Shown: positions 41,989 to 50,012 of the stretch, in pieces
Layout of the letters: the number at the start of each line of letters is the position of its first letter
How positions within the stretch are numbered: position 1 is the stretch's first letter
Assembly (NCBI GenBank): GCA_046754465.1
Contig: JBHHVU010000011.1
Coordinates: forward strand, 11,436 to 75,435
Origin: Nitrospinaceae bacterium
GTDB taxonomy: Bacteria; Nitrospinota; Nitrospinia; Nitrospinales; VA-1
DNA: 64,000 nt
Reading direction: 5' to 3'
The notes under the pieces: generated by a model
What the model was told of the DNA's origin: nothing
The model's database searches: none
Seen by the model: only the letters and a program-made list of their open reading frames with translations
Position numbers and translations under genes: made by a program

Positions 41989-42204
41989 TGTTCTCCCTCC
42001 CAAACAATTGTCCGGCATTAGAAAACTGTAAATTGTATGATCGCCTTTAGGGTTGAATATTCCCGTAAGTAACAAAATAAATTAATTAAATCAACTGGAA
42101 TCGTCCCAGCCAGGCGAAAAGATCCAATTCATATTCCGGAATATATGGATGAGAATTCATATCATGAATATAGAGGGAAACAACAACCAAACGGGAGAAT
42201 AAGA

Positions 42205-42510
42205 ATGGCCACATTTATAATCATGGGGAAATTCACCCCACAGGGAATCCGGAACGTGAAAGAAACCACCACCCGCTCTCATCGATTTCGTGAAATCGCG
42301 GAGGGTTACGGGGTTAAGGTGCATGAAATCTTCTGGCTGATGGGAGATTTTGATGTCATCAATATCGTAGAGGCGGAGGATGAAAAGTCGGTTTCGGCCC
42401 TGCTTCTCGAGCTGGGCGCGTGGGGAAACGTTTCTACCACAACCTACAGGGCATATACGAAAGAGGAAATGGATGCTATAATCGCCAAAATGGATGGTGT
42501 GAAAAAATAA
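42205..42510 (+). CDS. GYD domain protein
   Basis: MATFII..KFT.QG...R....E..G.KV..FWLMGDFD...EA.D...GNVSTTT.RA. Confidence 0.85.
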   Translation: MATFIIMGKFTPQGIRNVKETTTRSHRFREIAEGYGVKVHEIFWLMGDFDVINIVEAEDEKSVSALLLELGAWGNVSTTTYRAYTKEEMDAIIAKMDGVKK

Positions 42511-42552
42511 ATCGATGGTGCGGCTGAACCATCCTATCCGAGTCGCTGACCA

Positions 42553-43746
42553 GTGAATACCCACAAATACCTCCTTCGATTATTTTTGATCATCCTTTCT
42601 GGGGGCGTTTTATTTCTTTCCCACCATGCGGCCTCGGGGGAAGAAAATCCGCCAACGAAAAAAATTCCCGATGTTCAATTGAATCCTCTGGGGATGTCCC
42701 CCAGCGCGGAATGCGGGAAATGTCATAAGGATATTTATAAAAGTTGGGAAAACTCACTCCACGCCCGCGCGACGAATAATCCGGTATTCTGGGCCGCCTT
42801 CCTGCAGGCCCACTTCAAAAATGTGGAAGTGGCCAATAATTCCTGTCTCCGCTGCCACGCTCCGGCCGCAAAATTTCTTTACGATTTCAAATTGGAAAAA
42901 CCCCTCACCCGGGAAGGCATCAATTGCGATTTTTGCCATTCCATTTCCAGCCTGGAACCGGCGGGTTCGCCCTCGCCGTACCGGCATGAATTCGACCTGG
43001 TCAAACAGGGCCCCCTGAAAAACGTCGAATCCCCCGTACACCGCACCCGGTACAACCCCTTGTTCAAACAATCCCGCTTTTGCGCCGGATGCCATGAACT
43101 CACCACCCCTGGTGGAACCCCCTTGATTGAAACCTTCTCCGAATGGCAGCAGGGTCCTTACCCGGCCAAGGGCATCCATTGCCAGAATTGTCACATGAGA
43201 AAAATACCCGGAAAAATTGTCGGAGAGGGAATCAAACAAACACCGGAGACTGAAATCAGCTCTCACGATATCGCCGGCGGCCACTCCCTTTCGATGAGGG
43301 GGGCATCATTAAAGCTGGAAATCAAGGATATCCGGATCAACAAACAGAAAATGGAGGTCGTCCTCGATTTGACCAACGTGGGCGCGGGACACAAAATTCC
43401 CACGGGACTGCCTTCCAAAAAACTGATGCTCCGCGTGGGGGTGCAAACCACCGATGGGGAAACCATCCGTGTTAAAGAAAAGATTTATCATAAGCACATT
43501 GTGGACTCCAGGGGCAACCTCATCGACAACGATGCCGACCTCATGCTGGGAAGGGATTTAAAAATGATTTTCGACAATCGGATCGGGCCCATGGAAAGAC
43601 GGCGAGAACATTTCACGTTTTTCGTTCCCCATCCCCAGGACAAACGTGTGTTCGCCAGGGTTTTCTACATCCACAACCCGCAAATCATTCAGCCCATGCC
43701 CATCCAGATCAAGATGCAGGAAGTCACGGCATCGCCAGGACAGTGA
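42553..43746 (+). CDS. Exported pentaheme c-type cytochrome (c554-like N-terminus, beta-sandwich C-terminus)
   Basis: CGKCH, CLRCH, CDFCH, CAGCH, CQNCH; W..S.HA; NVGAGHKIPTG. Confidence 0.85.
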   Translation: MNTHKYLLRLFLIILSGGVLFLSHHAASGEENPPTKKIPDVQLNPLGMSPSAECGKCHKDIYKSWENSLHARATNNPVFWAAFLQAHFKNVEVANNSCLRCHAPAAKFLYDFKLEKPLTREGINCDFCHSISSLEPAGSPSPYRHEFDLVKQGPLKNVESPVHRTRYNPLFKQSRFCAGCHELTTPGGTPLIETFSEWQQGPYPAKGIHCQNCHMRKIPGKIVGEGIKQTPETEISSHDIAGGHSLSMRGASLKLEIKDIRINKQKMEVVLDLTNVGAGHKIPTGLPSKKLMLRVGVQTTDGETIRVKEKIYHKHIVDSRGNLIDNDADLMLGRDLKMIFDNRIGPMERRREHFTFFVPHPQDKRVFARVFYIHNPQIIQPMPIQIKMQEVTASPGQ

Positions 43747-43747
43747 T

Positions 43748-44194
43748 ATGACGGACTCCACCCCCACAAGCCCCGCCACGGTTTCGGCCAATCGCAGAAC
43801 CTTTATCAAATGGTCGATATACGGACTGTTAGCGGCATTTTTTGCGGGAGCCGTCAATGTGGTGGTCCGTTACCTCATACCCCCCCCCCCGAAGAAGAAA
43901 ACCGGGAAGCTTTCCATCCCCGTCTCACAAATCCCGCTGGGAGGAGCCCAGTTCGTGGACTACCGGGGTTCCCCGGCGGTCATCATCCACACGGAGAAGG
44001 GATACGTCGCCTTTTCCGCGGTTTGCACCCATCTGGGCTGCATCGTCAAATGGATGCGCAATGAAAAAATATTTTACTGCCCCTGCCACGGAGGAAAATT
44101 TGACAACACAGGAAAAGTCCTGGCCGGGCCGCCACCGGAACCTCTACACAAGATCAACATTGAAGTTCGCGACGATTCGATCAACTTTGTTTGA
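43748..44194 (+). CDS. Rieske [2Fe-2S] subunit of a Rieske/cytochrome b complex
   Basis: Tat-like RRTFIK plus TM; CTHLGC and CPCHGG boxes. Confidence 0.93.
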   Translation: MTDSTPTSPATVSANRRTFIKWSIYGLLAAFFAGAVNVVVRYLIPPPPKKKTGKLSIPVSQIPLGGAQFVDYRGSPAVIIHTEKGYVAFSAVCTHLGCIVKWMRNEKIFYCPCHGGKFDNTGKVLAGPPPEPLHKINIEVRDDSINFV

Positions 44195-44200
44195 GGGACC

Positions 44201-44896
44201 ATGAAAAAACTTTTCAAAAAATGGATCGCGGCGGTTTGGGACTGGGTGGATTATCGAACCGGCATCAAGGATTTGATCCGCGAGCAACTGACGGAATACC
44301 GGGTTCCCCCCCGGTTGAACAAATGGTATTCCCTGGGAGGCCTGGCCCTTTTTGTCTTTGGAATACAATTGGTCACGGGGGTATTGCTGCTCGTCTATTA
44401 TGTGCCGTCCACCGAAGAGGCGTTTGACAGTGTCCAGCGCATCATGCTTGAAATTCCCTATGGCTGGCTCATGCGCACCTCCCATGCCGCTGGAGCCCAT
44501 TTGATGGTCATGGTGGTCTTCCTGCACATGGTGAGCGTCATATTCATTGGGTCCTATAAAAAGCCGAGGGAGCTCACCTGGCTGACTGGCTGCGGCCTGG
44601 TTTTCATGACGCTGGGAATCTGCTTCACCGGTTACCTGCTGCCCTGGAGCCAGCTCTCCTACTGGGCAACGACGGTGGCGACCAATATTCCCGCGCCCAT
44701 TCCCGTTATCGGACCCATGATTGTCCGGTTGATTCGCGGCGGGGATCAGATCAATCCCGACACCCTGAACCGTTTTTTTGCCCTGCACGTCGTCGTCATT
44801 CCCGCGGTCATGTTGGCCCTGGTGGGAATTCATCTGTACCTGATCCGCGTGCTGGGAATTTCGGACCCGCATCAGGCGGATGAGGAAACTGAGTAA
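44201..44896 (+). CDS. petB: Cytochrome b6-type N-terminal subunit
   Basis: Four heme His ligands, GSYKKPRELTW, FTGYLLPWSQ.SYWA, RFFALH. Confidence 0.93.
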   Translation: MKKLFKKWIAAVWDWVDYRTGIKDLIREQLTEYRVPPRLNKWYSLGGLALFVFGIQLVTGVLLLVYYVPSTEEAFDSVQRIMLEIPYGWLMRTSHAAGAHLMVMVVFLHMVSVIFIGSYKKPRELTWLTGCGLVFMTLGICFTGYLLPWSQLSYWATTVATNIPAPIPVIGPMIVRLIRGGDQINPDTLNRFFALHVVVIPAVMLALVGIHLYLIRVLGISDPHQADEETE

Positions 44897-44898
44897 TC

Positions 44899-45306
44899 AT
44901 GTACAAAAAACCAAAATACTTGAAGGGAACCCGGTTTTTCCCAAGCTTTATCATGGAAGACGTTCTGGTCATCTTCATCTTCCTGGCGATTTTCTTCACA
45001 GGGGTCTTCTTCTTTCCGGAATGGATCATTTCCGGGGAGTCGGAAATGCCGGCGGACCCCTTCAATACGCCGGAGCACATCAAACCCGAATGGTATTTTC
45101 TGGCGTCCTATCAGTTTTTGAAAATCATTCCATCGGAATTCGCTGCGCTTATTTTAATGACCCTGGGAATCATGGGATTTATTTTCTTACCCTTCCTGGA
45201 CCGGTCGGAGGAAAAAAGAATCCAAAAGCGGCCTCTTTTTTTATTACTGGTAATCACTTTCATCATTTTCTTCGTGGGGTTGACCCTATGGGGCGCTTTT
45301 TCCTGA
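44899..45306 (+). CDS. petD: Cytochrome b subunit IV (PEWY-containing)
   Basis: PADPFNTPEHIKPEWYF, three TMs, LPFLDRS. Confidence 0.92.
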   Translation: MYKKPKYLKGTRFFPSFIMEDVLVIFIFLAIFFTGVFFFPEWIISGESEMPADPFNTPEHIKPEWYFLASYQFLKIIPSEFAALILMTLGIMGFIFLPFLDRSEEKRIQKRPLFLLLVITFIIFFVGLTLWGAFS

Positions 45307-45314
45307 GAGGGACC

Positions 45315-46154
45315 ATCGTCGGGCAATCCACCGGCCACCGATTTTATGCCTGGCGGCGGAAAGCCTTGTGGGTTGTGGTCTTGACCTTGTTCCCGCCCGC
45401 ACCGGCGCAACCGGCGTTTCATCCGGAATCTCCCAACTCCTGTATTGAATGCCATCGCTCCCTTGAAGATAAGCGTTTGTCCGAGCCGGTGATCCAATGG
45501 TCAAAAAGTATCCATAATGAAGTCGGCAACACCTGCGACGGGTGCCATGGGGGCGATCCTCAAGACAAATCAACCGGCGCCATGTCTAAAAAAAACGGCT
45601 TTTACCCGGCACCGGAAGACGAACAAGTCGCCTCGTTTTGCGGCAAATGCCATGCGGAAATATCAAAGGATTACCTGGAAAGCACTCATGGAATGATGAG
45701 TAACCCCAACTGCGTCACTTGCCATGGGTCTCATTCCATCCGGAGAATCAGCATCAATATTATCAAGCCGGACAAATGCACCGAGTGCCATGATTATGAA
45801 AATCCGGAAAAACTGCTGAAAATCCTGCTATCCCTTCACAAGGAGTTTCACGAGGCGGAAGCTCAGTTAAAATTGATCCGTGGGGTTCCCATCCACCCCC
45901 TGAAAAAAGAACTGGAAAAAACCTGGAAAGACCTCCGCCAGGTCCGGATGGTCAGCCACACGTTCGACCTACCCACCATCGAAGTGGAAGCGAAAAAGGT
46001 TCACATGTCCATGCTGGAAACCAGGAACGAGATTGACCGGTTAACACAATTGACGCAGGCCAGAAAACGATGGGGATTCCTGGTGGTTTTCTTATTCATG
46101 GGGTTGGCCCTCTTGACCTACTGGTACAACAAAAAGCCGGATCCAGGGGAATGA
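45315..46154 (+). CDS. Pentaheme c-type cytochrome with C-terminal membrane anchor
   Basis: CIECH, CDGCH, CGKCH, CVTCH, CTECH; C-terminal TM; start uncertain (ATC 45315 or TTG 45366). Confidence 0.85.
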   Translation: MVGQSTGHRFYAWRRKALWVVVLTLFPPAPAQPAFHPESPNSCIECHRSLEDKRLSEPVIQWSKSIHNEVGNTCDGCHGGDPQDKSTGAMSKKNGFYPAPEDEQVASFCGKCHAEISKDYLESTHGMMSNPNCVTCHGSHSIRRISINIIKPDKCTECHDYENPEKLLKILLSLHKEFHEAEAQLKLIRGVPIHPLKKELEKTWKDLRQVRMVSHTFDLPTIEVEAKKVHMSMLETRNEIDRLTQLTQARKRWGFLVVFLFMGLALLTYWYNKKPDPGE

Positions 46155-46249
46155 TATTCCCGAAACACATTGAAATATAGAAATATATCTTAACAAAAGC
46201 GTGAAAAATCATATATTTGAATCAGACTACCCCTTGTTATCGAAGAGAA

Positions 46250-46540
46250 ATGATAAAACGAATACGCAGATGTAAACTCGCTGTGATTTTGGTATTTGCG
46301 TTGGGATTTTTCTCCTTATCCGTCTGTCATGCGGGAGCGCAAACGCAATCCATGGATCCCCAGGGTTGCACCATGCTGAATCTTTGTGGCGCCTGTCCAA
46401 TCGCCGATGTGAGCGATTCCCCGGAATTGAAGTATTTCTCCCATCCGTCGCCTACGTTTGCGGATACCCCCCTCCCGTGGCCCGGTCTTGTCAAGGACCG
46501 GCTGTACCATCCTCCTCGAAAACACGTATTTTCGTCCTAG
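46250..46540 (+). CDS. Small exported Cys-motif protein / putative CutF-CruR-like regulatory leader
   Basis: Signal peptide, CTMLNLCGAC, Pro-rich linker, C-terminal LYHPPR; first gene before the cus-like operon. Confidence 0.65.
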   Translation: MIKRIRRCKLAVILVFALGFFSLSVCHAGAQTQSMDPQGCTMLNLCGACPIADVSDSPELKYFSHPSPTFADTPLPWPGLVKDRLYHPPRKHVFSS

Positions 46541-46665
46541 ATAAGCCAAATCATCAGACTAGCCTATTTAGGCTAATTTAACAAAAACGCCATGAGTCCG
46601 GCGAAAGGTTTAAAGCTTCTGCCGCGGTCCGTGGACTCATCACCGCTTTTTGCGGGGAGAATCTC

Positions 46666-47940
46666 ATGCATAAAATCATATCCCTTATAATAATTGCAGT
46701 ATTTCTCGGTGGGGCCTCTCCCGTCCAGGAAACGGGGGACAGTCCGTTCCGGAAGAAGATGAACGAATTCATTTCCATAGCCCTGGAAAATAATCCCCAA
46801 CTCAAGGAGTCTCAAAACCGGATCAAGCAATTTAAGGAAGTTCCCTCCCAGGCCGGTTCCCTGGACGATCCCATTTTGCGGTTTGAATTGAAAAACCTCC
46901 CGTCCGACTCCTTTGCATTCGACCAGGACCCCGGCACGCAAAAAAAAATATCCGTGTCACAAAAATTCCCTTATCCCGGAAAACTGATGTTGCGCTCCGA
47001 AATAGCGGGAAAAAATGTGGCCATCGCCGAGCACAGTTTGGAGGACTTGAAACTGAAAATCATTAAGGATGTCAAAACATCCTATTTTGAACTGAGTTTC
47101 ATTCTGGCCTCCATTCAAATCACCCGGAAAAATAAGGACCTGCTGGAACAGTTTGTCACCATCGCCGAGACCAAATACTCCGTGGGCAAGGGCATTCAAC
47201 AGGATGTATTGAAAGCCCAGGTGGAGCTGTCCAAAATAATCGATGAATTGATTCGGCTCAACGAACTCAAGGAATTGGAACAGGCCCGACTGAACACCCT
47301 CATGGATCGGTTACCCCAGGAACCTCTGAGCATTCCGGACGGAATCACCCATACCCCCTTCACCTACAATCTGGTGGAATTACAAAAACTATCGGAAGAA
47401 TTCCGTCCTACCCTGAAGGAAATTCGTTCCCTGAAAGAGCGGTTTCAAGTATCCAAGCGGCTGGCGGAAAAGGAATACTATCCCGATTTCAACGTAGGTT
47501 TCAAATACGGGCAGCGTGAGAACGGACTTGTCCAGGACCGGCCCGACTTCGTTTCCGCCTACGTGGCCATCAACATCCCCATCTGGTACAAAACCAAGCA
47601 AAGACGCAAGGTGGCCGAAGAGTCTTTCAAAATCATGAAGATTCAGGAAGCTTACAATGATGCCCGAAATCAAATTTTCCTGGGTATCAAGGAATTATTC
47701 GAGGAGGAAATCCGGGAGGAACAAACAATCGAACTCATAGGAAAAGCCATTATTCCACAAGCACGGCAATCCCTGGAATCTGCCGTGGCGGGTTATGGCG
47801 TGGACAAGGTGGATTTCCTGACCCTGCTGGACAATCAGATAACCCTGTTCAATTGGGAAATCAAGTACCAACGGGAGCTGGCATCTTATGAAAAAACACT
47901 GGCGAATCTGGAAAGCGTCGTCGGCAAAAGCTTGTTTTAA
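46666..47940 (+). CDS. TolC-family outer membrane factor of a heavy-metal RND system (CusC-like)
   Basis: ALENNPQL, SQKFPYPGKL, KYSVGKG.QQDVLKAQVE, YYPDF, G.VDFLTLLD. Confidence 0.9.
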   Translation: MHKIISLIIIAVFLGGASPVQETGDSPFRKKMNEFISIALENNPQLKESQNRIKQFKEVPSQAGSLDDPILRFELKNLPSDSFAFDQDPGTQKKISVSQKFPYPGKLMLRSEIAGKNVAIAEHSLEDLKLKIIKDVKTSYFELSFILASIQITRKNKDLLEQFVTIAETKYSVGKGIQQDVLKAQVELSKIIDELIRLNELKELEQARLNTLMDRLPQEPLSIPDGITHTPFTYNLVELQKLSEEFRPTLKEIRSLKERFQVSKRLAEKEYYPDFNVGFKYGQRENGLVQDRPDFVSAYVAINIPIWYKTKQRRKVAEESFKIMKIQEAYNDARNQIFLGIKELFEEEIREEQTIELIGKAIIPQARQSLESAVAGYGVDKVDFLTLLDNQITLFNWEIKYQRELASYEKTLANLESVVGKSLF

Positions 47941-48017
47941 GTTTTTACAGGCACTCAAACACCCAACCTTTTTTCGGGGGGAAGCGTTCCCGAAAGCCCG
48001 AAAAGCATAGGTGCACC

Positions 48018-49988
48018 ATGACCGATATCGACGATTTACTTAAGGAAAAAATAACCGAAAACTCCTCTTCCCGGGAAGAAGAGCAAGCAGAGGTGTTATA
48101 TCCTTCCGAACCAGAACTGGAATCCAGCAATTTCGAGGAAGAGGTCCATCAATCCCGGTTCCGGCTTTTTTTGACAAGAACCGGAAATTCCATGGCCAGG
48201 CTCTGGAAGGGAATAAAGTCCCGCTTCAAGAATGAGATTCCGGAGGAGGATTATCTCTCTGATTCCTCCGACGCCGATATTCTTTTCCCCAAGGAAGAAG
48301 ATGAGAAGGAGGCTGCCTCCAAAAAGAAGAAAAGGGGTCACGGTTTTTTAAAAATAATTGGCTGGCCCGTTTTGCTCATTATAGTGTTCCTGCTGGGATT
48401 TTTCACCCGCCCGGACATGATGGATAACACCCTGAAAAACGTGGAAAAGTGGAGCGCATTGGTTTTCAAGGAAATGGGTCCCATCCAGGAAAAAGTCTCC
48501 GAAAAGGTCACGGAAATCATCGATAAGAACGTGCCCGTTAAAGGGCAGGCCCCCGCGGGTTCCGGAGACGGGGAAAAACCCCAAAGAAAAATCAAATATT
48601 GGAAAGCGCCCATGACGCCGGGATTCATCTCTGACAAACCCGGCAAATCCCCCATGGGCATGGACCTGGTTCCTGTCTACGAAGAAGAGGAAGCGGTCAA
48701 ACCAAAGCGGAAAATCAAATATTGGAAAGCGCCCATGACGCCGGGATTCATCTCTGACAAACCCGGAAAGTCCCCCATGGGCATGGACCTGATTCCCGTC
48801 TATGAAGATGAAGCCAACACCGGTCCGGGGATCCGGATCAATCCCAACATGGTCCAGAACATCGGAATAAAAACGGCAAAAGTAAAAAGGACCATCCTCA
48901 CACGGGAGGTGCGGACGGTGGGGCATCTCACTTATGATGAAAGGTTGGTCACCCACATCCACACCAAGTATGAGGGATGGGCGGAAAAATTGTATGTCGA
49001 CTTCAGGGGACAGGAGGTAAAAAAGGACGACCTTCTGCTTGAAATTTACAGTCCGGAACTGGTCTCCACCCAGGAAGAACTGCTTCTGGCCCTGAAATAC
49101 AATCAATCCCTCAAAAACAGCTCGTTCAAGGAGATTTCCGGGGGGGCCAAAAGGTTGCTGGAGTCCACCCGGCGTAGACTGGAGTTGTTTGATGTCCCGG
49201 AACATCAAATCGAAGCCTTGATCCGGGACAAAAAGATCACCAAAACCATGCACATCCATTCGCCATTCCGGGGTTTCGTGACCGAGAAACACGTTTTGCA
49301 GGGGATGTATGTCAAACCGGGCATGAACCTTTATACCATTGCCGACCTGTCCAACATCTGGGTTTTGGCCGACGTTTATGAATATGAATTGCCCTGGGTC
49401 AAACTCGGCCAGCCCGCCCAGATGACCCTGTCCTACTTCCCCGGAAAAAAGTTCAAGGGAAAGGTGACCTATGTCGACCCCTTCCTGGACCCCAAGACCC
49501 GGACCGTCAAGGTGAGAATGGAATTCGACAACCCCGAATGGAAACTCAAACCAGACATGTATGCCAACGTCAATCTGGAATCCATCATAGCCAAGCGGGC
49601 GGTCGCGGTTCCGGAAGATGCAATCATTCGCGCGGGAGAGAAAGACCTGGTCATCATAAGAAATTCGTCGGGTGGATTTGAACCTCGTCGAATTATTCTG
49701 GGAGCGCAGGCCAAGGGATATTACCAAGTCCTCAAGGGCCTCCGCGGCGGCGAGGAAGTGGTCACCTCCTCAAACTTCCTGATCGATTCCGAAAGCAATC
49801 TCGGGGTGGCACTCAGTAAAATGCAGTCAACCAAACCCCCATTGGGGAAAAACCCCCCGAAGAAAACCCCGTCACTTAAAAAGAAGATGACCATGAAAAA
49901 AGAGGAAGGGGGAAAAATGGATCTGTCCAAAATGAAGGGAAAACAAAATCAACCCACCGGCATGGTAAAAATAAAGCCGGAACCATGA
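48018..49988 (+). CDS. cusB: CusB-type periplasmic adaptor with two Met-rich metal-binding domains
   Basis: YSPELVSTQEE, IADLSNIWV, DPKTRTVKVR, LKPDMY, FLIDSES. Confidence 0.9.
   Translation: MTDIDDLLKEKITENSSSREEEQAEVLYPSEPELESSNFEEEVHQSRFRLFLTRTGNSMARLWKGIKSRFKNEIPEEDYLSDSSDADILFPKEEDEKEAASKKKKRGHGFLKIIGWPVLLIIVFLLGFFTRPDMMDNTLKNVEKWSALVFKEMGPIQEKVSEKVTEIIDKNVPVKGQAPAGSGDGEKPQRKIKYWKAPMTPGFISDKPGKSPMGMDLVPVYEEEEAVKPKRKIKYWKAPMTPGFISDKPGKSPMGMDLIPVYEDEANTGPGIRINPNMVQNIGIKTAKVKRTILTREVRTVGHLTYDERLVTHIHTKYEGWAEKLYVDFRGQEVKKDDLLLEIYSPELVSTQEELLLALKYNQSLKNSSFKEISGGAKRLLESTRRRLELFDVPEHQIEALIRDKKITKTMHIHSPFRGFVTEKHVLQGMYVKPGMNLYTIADLSNIWVLADVYEYELPWVKLGQPAQMTLSYFPGKKFKGKVTYVDPFLDPKTRTVKVRMEFDNPEWKLKPDMYANVNLESIIAKRAVAVPEDAIIRAGEKDLVIIRNSSGGFEPRRIILGAQAKGYYQVLKGLRGGEEVVTSSNFLIDSESNLGVALSKMQSTKPPLGKNPPKKTPSLKKKMTMKKEEGGKMDLSKMKGKQNQPTGMVKIKPEP
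48588..48808 (+). repeat. Tandem near-identical ~98-bp repeats (period 123 bp) encoding KIKYWKAPMTPGFISDKPGKSPMGMDL(V/I)PVYE
   Basis: Copies at ~48588-48685 and ~48711-48808 differ at only a few positions. Confidence 0.95.
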
Positions 49989-50012
49989 ACCGTCCTCACC
50001 GGGGTTGATCAA

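Noticed and set aside
44880..45314. Subunit IV-cytochrome fusion or programmed frameshift suggested by the open 44880 frame
   Set aside because: petD is complete with its own stop, and the cytochrome has its own SD, signal peptide and C-terminal anchor
48588..48808. Repeat as a CRISPR or regulatory array
   Set aside because: Only two copies, in frame and protein-coding; no cas genes
48348..49727. 459-aa minus-strand ORF with an internal repeat
   Set aside because: Antisense shadow of cusB; the repeat is the cusB duplication
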